From contig SHUM01000004.1 of assembly GCA_009691245.1 (NCBI GenBank), forward strand, positions 9,032-73,031: a stretch of DNA of 64,000 nt, read 5' to 3'. The translations under genes and the position numbers were made by a program. Under the pieces are notes generated by a model. The model saw nothing but the letters and a program-made list of their open reading frames with translations. It did not search any database and had not been told where the DNA came from. Each line of letters starts with the position of its first letter. Positions within the stretch are counted from its first letter, which is position 1. Source of the DNA: Acidobacteriota bacterium (GTDB lineage Bacteria > Acidobacteriota > Terriglobia > 2-12-FULL-54-10). Of this stretch, positions 8,337 through 18,763 are shown in pieces.

Positions 8337-9419
8337 ATGAGCAAGAAGAATCTTAGATTGGCGGCAGTGGGCATCGTAATGCTGGCGGGACTTATTGCGG
8401 GATATGTCGAGTCCGCGATGGCGCAGGGCAAGATGGCCGAGGAAGTTTACAAGAACATTCAAGCGCTGAAGGGTGTGCCGGCCGAGCAGGTGCCCATCAC
8501 CATGCAGTACTTCACCATGGCGCTGGGCGTTACCTGCGGCAACTGCCACGTGTCGGGGGCCAACGAAAAGGACGACAAGGAAGATAAGGTGATGGCACGG
8601 AAAATGATCAGCATGGTCCTCGACATCAATAAGGGCCACTTCGCTGGACGCGGCGCCATCTCCTGCTACACCTGCCATCGCGGCAACCGCGCGCCCGTGG
8701 GCACTCCCGTGCCGTCGGAGGCCGCACGGCCCACCACCGTGACTGCCGTGCCGGAAGGCGTTACCGCCGACCAATTGCTGGCGAAGTTCGTCGCATCCAT
8801 GGGCGGCGATGCCGCCATCGCCAAGATAACCAGCAAGTCCGCCAAGGGCATGCGCGAGGACGCCGCCAATTCCCCGGCGCCTATCGAGATGTACTCGAGC
8901 TACCCGGACAAGGGCGCGCTGGTGGTGCACATGGTCGGCGCGGATGACATCACCGGCTACGACGGCGACGCGGGCTGGACGGCGAATCCTTCGCGCGGCG
9001 TGCGCGACATGATCGCGCAGGATACCCAAGGCACCAAGCTCGAAGACCCCATCTATCTTGCCGCCAACGCCAAGAAACTCTACACGGCGTGGCGCGTGGG
9101 CCGTCCGGAAAAAATCGGCGACCGCGAGGCGTATGTGCTGAACGGGACTGCTCCAGGCCGCGCGCCGGTGCGCCTCTACGTTGATCCGCAGGCAGGCACG
9201 CTGCTGCGCCTGATCCGCTACGTGGAGACGCCGGTGGGTCGCCTGCCCACGCAACTCGATTACAGCGACTACCGCGACGTGACGGGAGTAAAGGTCGCAC
9301 ACAAGATCGCCTCCATCCGCCCACAGGCGCGCAACACCATCACGCTGACTGATGTGCAGTTGAACACTCCAGTGGACGCGGCAAAATTCGCCAAGCCCGC
9401 CAACCCGCCGGCGCGCTAG
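8337..9419 (+). CDS. c-type cytochrome (photosynthetic-reaction-centre cytochrome c subunit-like Cytochrom_C_2 family) fused to a C-terminal LolA-like/lipoprotein-carrier-like domain
   Basis: EEVYKNIQALKGVPAEQV...MQYFTMALGVTCGNCH and a second CYTCH heme motif. N-terminal TM/signal. The C-terminal 220 aa are a beta-rich LolA-like region. Confidence 0.65.
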   Translation: MSKKNLRLAAVGIVMLAGLIAGYVESAMAQGKMAEEVYKNIQALKGVPAEQVPITMQYFTMALGVTCGNCHVSGANEKDDKEDKVMARKMISMVLDINKGHFAGRGAISCYTCHRGNRAPVGTPVPSEAARPTTVTAVPEGVTADQLLAKFVASMGGDAAIAKITSKSAKGMREDAANSPAPIEMYSSYPDKGALVVHMVGADDITGYDGDAGWTANPSRGVRDMIAQDTQGTKLEDPIYLAANAKKLYTAWRVGRPEKIGDREAYVLNGTAPGRAPVRLYVDPQAGTLLRLIRYVETPVGRLPTQLDYSDYRDVTGVKVAHKIASIRPQARNTITLTDVQLNTPVDAAKFAKPANPPAR

Positions 9420-9440
9420 TTTGGCGGTACGATGTAGCGA

Positions 9441-9490
9441 GAAGCTCCTCCCCTCAGCGTGCCCTGAGAGCGAGGAGCTTTTCCTTTTAC
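9441..9490 (+). terminator. Rho-independent terminator (GAAGCTCCTC...GAGGAGCTTT stem followed by TTCCTTTT)
   Basis: Hairpin plus T-run immediately after the 9419 stop. Confidence 0.65.
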
Positions 9491-9560
9491 AGTTTCCAGA
9501 GAGGAATAGGATGGGCAGAGGCGGGATGAAATTTCCGCCGCGCCAGTTACAATAGAAAGC

Positions 9561-9650
9561 GGAGGAATGGGTGAGTGGTTGAAACCGGCGGTCTTGAAAA
9601 CCGTTTGCCTCGAAAGGGGCACGGGGGTTCGAATCCCTCTTCCTCCGCCA
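9561..9650 (+). tRNA. tRNA-Ser (anticodon UGA), including 3' CCA
   Basis: Hand-folded: 7-bp acceptor GGAGGAA/TTCCTCC, anticodon loop CTTGAAA, long variable arm, T-loop GGTTCGAATCC, discriminator G, CCA. Confidence 0.9.
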
Positions 9651-9704
9651 TTATTCGGCAAACTTAAAGCAGAGCCGCGATGGAACATCTCGGCGCGCCG
9701 TGGA

Positions 9705-9768
9705 CCGGGAGGGAGCGCACACGTTCGACGATTGTCAGTGATCGTCAAACGTGTGCGCTCCCTCCCGG
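9705..9768. repeat. 64-nt near-perfect hairpin (21-bp perfect stem CCGGGAGGGAGCGCACACGTT / AACGTGTGCGCTCCCTCCCGG) 55 nt after tRNA-Ser, followed by a partial REP-like motif (GTCGCGGCTCTGTTCACGC)
   Basis: Seen directly; the 22-nt loop is itself quasi-palindromic (GACGAT...ATCGTC). Confidence 0.75.
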
Positions 9769-9805
9769 TCGCGGCTCTGTTCACGCTGCACAATCGAAAG
9801 TAGGT

Positions 9806-9970
9806 TTAGAGCAAGGCGTCCTCGAGCGGCTTTGTTTTGTGCTTTGGTGGCTTGCGGCGGATGTCTTTTTCGACGCGAGTGGGCGGCGGAGAGCCGAGGG
9901 CTTCGCGGGCTTGGCGGCGGGTTTCCTTCAGGGCGCTGAACTTCTTAGGGCGTTTGAGTTTTGAGGGCAT
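9806..9970 (-). CDS. Small basic hypothetical protein (54 aa, MPSKLKRPKKFSALKETRRQAREALGSPPPTRVEKDIRRKPPKHKTKPLEDALL)
   Basis: ATG-initiated ORF below the ORF-track size cutoff; lysine/arginine rich; no homology recognised. Confidence 0.25.
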   Translation of the reverse strand: MPSKLKRPKKFSALKETRRQAREALGSPPPTRVEKDIRRKPPKHKTKPLEDALL

Positions 9971-10080
9971 CGGCGATTACCTCAATCCGCGAGCGGCGAA
10001 CTAAAAGCAGATTCCTCGCTCCCGCTCGGAATGACAATCTGGGGCACTCTAAGACAACTTGCCGCCTCCGGGCGCAAAGA

Positions 10081-10120
10081 GAAACAGCCAGCGGCGGGGG
10101 CCTCTGGCTGTTTTCTTAAT
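10081..10120. terminator. Hairpin GAAACAGCCAG-12nt-CTGGCTGTTTC with flanking T/A runs; candidate bidirectional terminator below the 10202 gene
   Basis: Seen directly. Confidence 0.55.
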
Positions 10121-10201
10121 TCCCTTTCAGGATCGCTCAAAAAATTTCCGGACTCTCCACTCGATTCGTGAGAGAACGCACTCGGGCTCGCTTAGCCCAA
10201 C

Positions 10202-11122
10202 CTACATCGACGCGCGCGCGTCCTTCACCTTGGGTGTTGAAATGTAGCCGGTGATGCGATCCTTTAGCACTTTCTGGACCACAATCTCCGTCGCTTGGCG
10301 CTGCCCTTGCAGGTAGAACTGAACGGGCTCGAATGGGTTCTTGTCCTTCTTCTCGACAGTCTTGTCATCGGCGGTCAGCGCGAGCGTAAACTTCTGACGC
10401 TTGTCGTCGGTCTTCTTGAGTTCGAGTTGCACGCTGCCCACCTTCTGGCGCTTGGCCTTCTTGGTGATGTCGAACTCGATGTAGTCGCGCTCGCCGCGCA
10501 GCCGCAGATCGGAGAGATCCGAACCCGTGCGCGCGATCAGATCGCTTTGTACGCCGAGGTCGCCGACCACGCGCTTCAACTCCGCCTTGGTGGCGTTCAA
10601 CTCCGCCTGCGTGGACCTGACTTCTGTCTTTACGCCGGTAACATCCGTTGCGAGATTGCCCAGGTTGCCCTTGGTGGCTTGCTGATCCTGCGACAACTGG
10701 CCGAGCTGATTGGAGAGCTGCGTCGCGTTCTCCTGCGTGGCCTGCTGCTGACGGGCCAGCTCCGCCGCCGCCTGCCGCGTGCGAGCCAGATCGCTGGCCG
10801 TGGCGCCCAACTTGTTCCTGGCATCCGCGATTTCGCCCTGCAGATCAATCTGCTTGGTGTCGGCTGCCTTCAACCGAGTGTGCAGTTGCTCCAGTCCCTT
10901 GTCCTGCAATTGATTATCTTCTTCCAAGCGGGCCACTAAACTCACCAACTGGTCATTCACGGACTTGGTGTAGCTATACTGCAAATACATGCCAGCCGCC
11001 ATCAGCACGGCTAGAACTGCCAGCGCGAGATTCGCTTTGTCGCCGCCGGAGCGCGCCGGAGGCGGCGTGGGGCTCTCCGAGCCGGACGCGCTGCCAATAT
11101 TTAGATTTGGGGAGATGCTCAT
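10202..11122 (-). CDS. Membrane-anchored coiled-coil protein (hypothetical)
   Basis: N-terminal TM (LALAVLAVLMAAGMYL) followed by about 200 aa of Q/A/L-rich heptad-like sequence. Confidence 0.55.
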   Translation of the reverse strand: MSISPNLNIGSASGSESPTPPPARSGGDKANLALAVLAVLMAAGMYLQYSYTKSVNDQLVSLVARLEEDNQLQDKGLEQLHTRLKAADTKQIDLQGEIADARNKLGATASDLARTRQAAAELARQQQATQENATQLSNQLGQLSQDQQATKGNLGNLATDVTGVKTEVRSTQAELNATKAELKRVVGDLGVQSDLIARTGSDLSDLRLRGERDYIEFDITKKAKRQKVGSVQLELKKTDDKRQKFTLALTADDKTVEKKDKNPFEPVQFYLQGQRQATEIVVQKVLKDRITGYISTPKVKDARASM

Positions 11123-11455
11123 TTTCTCTTGCTCCTGTATCTTTTTCGGAAAATTAGTTTTGCCTCTATTAGCAAACTTTCATCTGCCCTCTCCACGAAA
11201 AGATCATTAGGGCAATGGGGATGGAAATGTTTGTGGATGACGGCCCAAGCTCTCGTCAGGGAGCGGGCCAGCCACCAAGCCTGTTTATGCCAGACACCTC
11301 CATAATAGCATCGTGATAACTGGCTCTGTCAATTGTTTGACGAAGAAATTTGCGGAAGTGGGGTGCCGTACAAGATATGGAAACGCAGCGCAGGGAACCG
11401 CCTGTTTGGCGAACGGTCTCCCGCGCAATCTCTCGACGTAAGGACTACTGCACGC

Positions 11456-13015
11456 CTACTGTCCAATGGTAACGCGTGCGATGCCGTTAACTCCGCTGGT
11501 GGCCATCCACAGGTCTTTGCCGTCGGCGGTGTGGCTCATGTTGCGCACCACGCCGCCGCCGGATGGAATGATCCAGGTCTGGAACTTTTCCGACTTGGGA
11601 TCAAAGCGCACCACCGTGTTCGGCTCCACACCGCTTTCGTTGTACCAGATGACGTCCTTAATCGCCTCGATGCCGTAAGGCTGCGACTCCGGCCCACTCG
11701 GCGACGCCCACTCTTTGGTGGTGTGCGTCTTCGTGTCAAACCGGCCCAAGTAGCCGCGCGCGTAATCGGCGAACCAGATGGCGTCATCGCTGGTGATGGC
11801 GATGCGCCGCGGCCGCGCGCCCTCGGCGGGCAGGGAATATTCCTTCAGCTCCATCGTCACCGGATCAATGCTGGCCAGCCGGTTCCCGCCAAACTCGCAG
11901 ACCCACGGCGTGCCCTTCGAATCCACTACCATCCCATAAGGATTGGAGCGCGGCGTGGGAAAGGAAACCAGTTTCACTTCACCGGTTTTCGGATTGAGGC
12001 GACCCACCATGTTGGCGCCCTGCAACGAGAAAAACAGATTGCCGTCCGGCGTGAAGATCGGCGTGTGCGGATCGCGCGCCTTGGGGTCGGGCATCTTGTA
12101 TTCGGTTACCTTACCCGTCTTGGGATCGAGTTTGCCGATGGCCGCCGCCGAGTTCGCCGTGTACCAGATGTTGCCTTCCTTGTCGTTGATCAGCCCGTGC
12201 GGGCCGTGTTTCTCGGGCAGAGGAAATTCCGTGAACTTCTCGGTCTTGGGATCGAAGCGCCCCAGCACGTTGGCGCGCTGGCCGGTGTACCAGGCCATGC
12301 CATCCGGCGTCACCAGCGGGTCGTGCGGACGCGAACCCGGCGTGGGCACCTGCCACTCCTTGATGCTGATCTCGACGCTGCCGGGAAGCAACTTCGGCTT
12401 GGGCGACTTGTTGGGAAACGCCGCGGCCAGATAGTCCACCACCATGGGAGCTTTGTTGGCGGCCAGCGGCGAGCCGAGCCGGATCATGCCCTCGACGATG
12501 CGCTCCCACTCGACGCGCGTGTTGCCGGCGCGCGCGATGCGCGACAGCGCGTGGCACTGCACGCAGGATTCTTCGATGAATGCCCGCGCCACGCCCTCCG
12601 GCAGCTTCACGTCTAGGGCCGCGGCATTGGCGCCCGCGGGGGCAGCCGGGGCGCTCGCCGGAGCACGCTGGGCCTGTGGCGCCGCATCGGCAGCCGGAGC
12701 CGCCGCCGGCTCGGGAGCCTTTTCGGGAGCCTTGTCTGGGAAATTGCTGGCGAGATAAGTTGCGATCACTGTTTTGTCATCGTCAGTGAACATGGCGCCC
12801 ATGCCGACCATCTGGTCCACCAGAGCTTGCCAGCCTTCCAGCGAATCCTTGTGATTCACCACGCGATTCAGATTGTGGCAAGTGGAGCATTGCGTCTCCA
12901 CCTCGGCCTTGCCCGGCCCGTCGGGCAAGTCCTGCGCCATCGCGCCCGGAGCCAGCACCGCCAACGCCAGGGCCAAACTTAAAGCTACGCCCCACTGCAA
13001 AGAGATTTTCACCAT
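11456..13015 (-). CDS. Secreted di-heme c-type cytochrome fused to a Vgb-lyase/SMP-30-like beta-propeller
   Basis: Signal peptide MVKISLQWGVALSLALALAVLAPGAMAQ; two CxxCH motifs (CSTCH, CVQCH); C-terminal repeated GxxWxT/NxxxxIGRLDPKTG blades. The ORF-track N-terminal extension to 13132 overlaps a REP element and was rejected. Confidence 0.7.
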   Translation of the reverse strand: MVKISLQWGVALSLALALAVLAPGAMAQDLPDGPGKAEVETQCSTCHNLNRVVNHKDSLEGWQALVDQMVGMGAMFTDDDKTVIATYLASNFPDKAPEKAPEPAAAPAADAAPQAQRAPASAPAAPAGANAAALDVKLPEGVARAFIEESCVQCHALSRIARAGNTRVEWERIVEGMIRLGSPLAANKAPMVVDYLAAAFPNKSPKPKLLPGSVEISIKEWQVPTPGSRPHDPLVTPDGMAWYTGQRANVLGRFDPKTEKFTEFPLPEKHGPHGLINDKEGNIWYTANSAAAIGKLDPKTGKVTEYKMPDPKARDPHTPIFTPDGNLFFSLQGANMVGRLNPKTGEVKLVSFPTPRSNPYGMVVDSKGTPWVCEFGGNRLASIDPVTMELKEYSLPAEGARPRRIAITSDDAIWFADYARGYLGRFDTKTHTTKEWASPSGPESQPYGIEAIKDVIWYNESGVEPNTVVRFDPKSEKFQTWIIPSGGGVVRNMSHTADGKDLWMATSGVNGIARVTIGQ

Positions 13016-13100
13016 ACATCCTCCCGAATTCCCGCACCAAAATGTGGCCCCGTATGCCCCCGATTGTAAGCCCCCGCAGCGCCCCCGCGCAAGCCGTTTC

Positions 13101-13134
13101 CTGACCACGTGCCACGCGCGCGGCTCTGTCACGC
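13101..13134 (+). repeat. REP-like dispersed repeat copy
   Basis: CTGACCACGTGCCACGCGCGCGGCTCTGTCACGC, between the STAND gene stop and the cytochrome gene start. Confidence 0.7.
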
Positions 13135-13181
13135 AACACCATCACGCCCTGCACTGGCACATTGTGAACGTGCGCGGCGCC

Positions 13182-15191
13182 CTACTCCCCGCGCTGCTCC
13201 TGGATCGCCTGCGCCCGCTTTCTCAGCGCGGTAGCCTCCTTCGTCCGCCCCAACTCCTGCAACACCGCCGCAAGGTTTTTGCATACCAGCGCAATATGAG
13301 GATGGTCAGGTGGCAGCGACTTTTCGCGGATGGCCAGCGCGCGGCGGTAGAGCGGCTCGGCTTGGCTGTACGCGCCGCGCCCGTTCAAGTAGAAGCCGGT
13401 CTGATTGAGCAGCAGCGCCGCCTCCACAAACTCAAACCCCAGGTTTTCGATCCAACGGGCGCAAGCCAAAGCCTGCGGCAGCATCCGCTCGCATCGAGAC
13501 CAATTCTGAAACTCAGGCATCGGGAAGGCTGCGTCCACGGCCCGCACGGCCCGTTCCGCATAATTCCGCCGGTCCTCCTGCGTCATCCTATCGCGAATAA
13601 CGGCTTGCGCAATCCTGTGAATGCTGTAGGCGCTGGCACCGGTGCTCCTGCTGATCAGGGAATATTTTCGGAGCGGCGCGAGCGCTTCATCCAGCAAGAG
13701 CGGGTTCTGCTGGTAGTCCGCCAGAGCCGCCCCCAGTGCGGAGCCAACCTGCGCAGCACCGCCGGTAACCAGCTCGAACGGGATGTCATCCGGCGCGAGG
13801 AAAGCGCTCACCCGCAGCAGCTCCGCGGCTGGCGGAGTCTTTTCCACTTCTCCAAAGTTTAGCTTCCAGGTGGTGGCCACTAATTCAGAATAGCCTCCGG
13901 CAACCGGACCACGATCATTCAGTAGAGCAACTCCACGATTGCGATAGGTCTTCAGGTAATCCTGGAACGTAGACTCCTTGGCCACAATGTAGGCCGCGGC
14001 CTGCTCCAATGCCAGCGGCAGATAGCCTAGCTCTTTGGCCAAATCCCGCGCGGCCTCCTGCTCCTTCTCCTGGCTTGACTGCCGCGAGGTGCGAGCCAGC
14101 AGGAAGTCCAAAGCCTCGTCTGGCTCGAAGTCTCCAAGGGAATGCGTTGTAACATTTCCCAGTGCGTCAAGAATGCCGGGGCGGGAAGTGAGCAGAATCG
14201 CGCCTTTGATTTCAATCGGAAGCAATGGCTTGATGAGTTCGGGCCAGTCCGCATTGTCAAAAATCAGGAGCCATCCGTCGTTTTCGCTTAACCAGCTCGT
14301 TACCGCATGGCGGACCACAGTCTGGTCCGAAGAATCGCTGCCGGGCAGTTCGAGCATTCGCGCGATTGTCCCGAATCCCGAATTGATGCTTTCCTCCGAG
14401 GAGGCTCGCACCCAGAGAATCGCGCGATAATCATCACGGTGCCGATAGGCGTATTCCGCCGCCGTTTGTGTCTTGCCCTTGCCGCCGAGACCTGTGATCG
14501 CCTGCTTCCTGATCCCCTTGGTGATGAAGTTTTCATGTAGGGTGGCGAGTAGTTTCTCGCGTCCTGTAAACCAATCGGTTCTTTGTTGCGGCACGATAAA
14601 GAACTTTTGGGGGACGACGAAATCTTGTTTGCGTTCTCTTGGTTGTAGATGCGGCTCCGGTCCCAGCGGGGGCTTTGGGGTGGCGTGCTTACCTTTTAGG
14701 CGGCGCAACAGGAGATCGAACCCCTCTTCTGTCGTTGGGTTGTAATGGTTAACCCCTTGAAGAACAATTGGAATGTGTTTAGCGTCATCAGCAGTGAATA
14801 CCACCGGAATGAACTTCGTGTTGCGACCTTGAGAATTGTACAATTCCTGCGTAATGATCGCGCCTTCCCAGGTTGCTCCCAGGCCTTTCCCTACTTCTTC
14901 TTTTTTCCGAAATCGCCGGAGATAAGTCTCGGTACAAATCACCAGGACAAATTCGGATGCCTCGATCTCATCCTCCATCCATGTCGGCCAGCCTTCCGGC
15001 GGGGAGTCGATATATTGATCGATCATGGCGTCAACATTGTTGTCGCGCAGCTTTTTGGCAAGGGCAAGCACTTGATCTTGGAAGGCAGTATCCCCATGTG
15101 CGTAACTGATGAATACGCGCTGTGCGGGACTGGGTTTCTCTTGGCTCAATCGCAACCTCGCATCAAACAAGCAGACAGTATCATAGCCCAC
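13182..15191 (-). CDS. SEFIR/TIR-like domain-NB-ARC (P-loop NTPase)-TPR STAND protein; candidate NLR-like antiphage immunity protein
   Basis: N-terminal VFISYAHGDTAFQDQVLALAKKLRDNNVDAMIDQY...FVLVICTETYL (SEFIR/TIR-superfamily signature). Walker A GLGGKGKTQTAAEY, Walker B LLIFDNAD, NB-ARC-like GxP region, and a C-terminal kinesin-light-chain-type TPR block. 669 aa. Confidence 0.85.
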   Translation of the reverse strand: MGYDTVCLFDARLRLSQEKPSPAQRVFISYAHGDTAFQDQVLALAKKLRDNNVDAMIDQYIDSPPEGWPTWMEDEIEASEFVLVICTETYLRRFRKKEEVGKGLGATWEGAIITQELYNSQGRNTKFIPVVFTADDAKHIPIVLQGVNHYNPTTEEGFDLLLRRLKGKHATPKPPLGPEPHLQPRERKQDFVVPQKFFIVPQQRTDWFTGREKLLATLHENFITKGIRKQAITGLGGKGKTQTAAEYAYRHRDDYRAILWVRASSEESINSGFGTIARMLELPGSDSSDQTVVRHAVTSWLSENDGWLLIFDNADWPELIKPLLPIEIKGAILLTSRPGILDALGNVTTHSLGDFEPDEALDFLLARTSRQSSQEKEQEAARDLAKELGYLPLALEQAAAYIVAKESTFQDYLKTYRNRGVALLNDRGPVAGGYSELVATTWKLNFGEVEKTPPAAELLRVSAFLAPDDIPFELVTGGAAQVGSALGAALADYQQNPLLLDEALAPLRKYSLISRSTGASAYSIHRIAQAVIRDRMTQEDRRNYAERAVRAVDAAFPMPEFQNWSRCERMLPQALACARWIENLGFEFVEAALLLNQTGFYLNGRGAYSQAEPLYRRALAIREKSLPPDHPHIALVCKNLAAVLQELGRTKEATALRKRAQAIQEQRGE

Positions 15192-15375
15192 TGCGCGGCG
15201 CAGCGCACCCGCTCGCCAATCGCTCGTAGTGGGTCAGTTCGCCGTCAGGGCACGACTTCAGTCGTGCCGAAAATGTGCCGCAAGAAAACGCTTCCTCACT
15301 GCCGTAGGCGTAAGCGCAGGCGCGCAGCGCCACAGCGCGGATCATTGCCTTTGGGATTCGCGCGGATTGTACAGT

Positions 15376-15478
15376 GGTGGCGCAGGCATTCTTGCCTGCG
15401 GGGTTTGAAGTGCTTTTATTTTGGCGGGCTGGAATGCCTGCCCTACCAAAAGACGCAGGCAGGAATGCCTGCGCCACC
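15376..15478. repeat. 103-bp element with 25-nt terminal inverted repeats (GGTGGCGCAGGCATTCTTGCCTGCG / CGCAGGCAGGAATGCCTGCGCCACC, 24/25 match) and internal AATGCCTGC repeats
   Basis: Seen directly; MITE-like or structured-RNA-like; about 185 bp upstream of the STAND start codon. Confidence 0.6.
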
Positions 15479-15969
15479 CATATGCCTGCATCACTGCTAC
15501 AAACGAAGGATGATTTCGGCGGTCGGGGGGTGAGCCATAAATTACCCTCACGGCAATTTGTCAACCACTTTGCAAATGGGAAATAGGGAGCGCGAGTGAA
15601 CAAAGCGCGACTTGCAAACCGCGAATTTTGTCAAATTGGAAAATTTGGATTCTTTGGGCAGAAAGGCGCAGGGATAATTGAAAGGAAAGTTGCTGCGGGC
15701 GCTCTGCCTGTCCCCATTCTCCGACCCCAATCCCCTGGTTTGTCAATCTGGTCAGAGTGGTCAGAACCGTGAAAATTTGCACTTTGGGCTGGGCCGACGA
15801 TTTGGTCGCGCCAGCCGCTCACTTTTAGGGTGACAAGAAGCATTGAAACGGTGGGAATCGGTGTGCTACTCTGAGGGCCATTTGCAAGCCCGGGTCTGTC
15901 TTCTGAAATGCGCTGATCATCTGGAATCCCCTGAAGGGGGCGACCTGTGGGCAGGAGGGAGCAGTCATC

Positions 15970-18120
<2,151 letters not shown>

Positions 18121-18271
18121 CGCTCGCGCAACTGACTTGTGTGGCCCGCACGGCAGTGCCGCTGCCTTGTTGTGCCAGGTGGTCGCTTCAAACGAGCGTT
18201 CCCGCATCAGGGTGTTTCACTTGCTGGTTGTCGCAATCAATGTTAACTTACACAGCGGATTGGTAGTTGTT

Positions 18272-18294
18272 CCCATCTGCGTAATCTGCGGATG
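18272..18294 (+). repeat. Copy of motif family S (CCCATCTGCGTAATCTGCGGATG)
   Basis: Seen directly; overlaps the start of the kinase remnant. Confidence 0.55.
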
Positions 18295-18660
18295 TTCCAA
18301 ACTATGGTTGGCAAGACGATCTCCCATTACCGGATCGTGGAGCTGCTGGGCGGCGGCGGGATGGGCGTCGTCTATCGGGCGGAGGACTTGACGCTCGGCC
18401 GCATGGTGGCGCTGAAGTTTCTCTCGGCGGAGTTGGCCGCGGATCGCCAGGCGCTCGAGCGTTTCCACCGCGAGGCGCGCGCGGCCTCGGCATTGAACCA
18501 TCCCAACATCTGCACCATTGAGGAGTACGAAGGCCAGCCCTTCATCGTGATGGAACTGCTCGATGGCGCGACGCTGAAGCACGCCATCGGCGGGCGAACA
18601 ACTGTACGAGTTGGGCGCGCAGGTGGCTCAACAAGTCGGTGGTGTACACAGCAGATGTTC
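18292..18660 (+). pseudogene. Ser/Thr protein kinase, N-terminal remnant (about 100 aa of kinase subdomains I-V, then frameshift and truncation)
   Basis: [26 protein letters not shown]...HPNICTI...[18 protein letters not shown]. The catalytic loop HRDLKP and the DFG/APE motifs are absent, and downstream sequence is unrelated. Confidence 0.7.
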
Positions 18661-18684
18661 TCACGAACATCTGTTATTTATTGG
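18652..18684 (+). terminator. Hairpin CAGATGTTC-TCAC-GAACATCTG followed by TTATTTATT at the kinase truncation point / island boundary
   Basis: Seen directly. Confidence 0.5.
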
Positions 18685-18763
18685 CAGCAAAAACGGTCGA
18701 ATTCTATTGATGTGAGCCGGGGGAAGGAGCGCGAGAACCGAATAGTGTAATGGGGAATTTCAG

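Noticed and set aside
9680-9964. 94-aa plus-strand ORF spanning the post-tRNA hairpin
   Set aside because: Its translation is dictated by the hairpin and the REP sequence; a more plausible coding signal is on the opposite strand (the 54-aa basic ORF), and even that is low confidence.
11333-12616. 427-aa plus-strand ORF antisense to the cytochrome-propeller gene
   Set aside because: Low-complexity R/G/A-rich translation typical of a GC-rich antisense frame; the sense strand has clear cytochrome c and propeller motifs.
13016-13132. N-terminal extension of the cytochrome-propeller ORF to 13132
   Set aside because: It covers a REP copy and places the signal peptide 39 aa inside the protein; the start at MVKISL gives a proper signal peptide.
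14745-15533. 262-aa plus-strand ORF antisense to the STAND gene 5' region and running into the intergenic repeats
   Set aside because: It is antisense to a strongly supported CDS in high-GC DNA where long spurious ORFs are expected. No recognisable domains, and no RBS or promoter context.
9561-15969. Considered calling tRNA-Ser to EF-G2 a classic integrative genomic island
   Set aside because: No integrase/recombinase gene, no detectable direct repeat of the tRNA 3' end, and most of the interval keeps host-like GC. Only the isolated STAND gene and the repeat structures look accessory.
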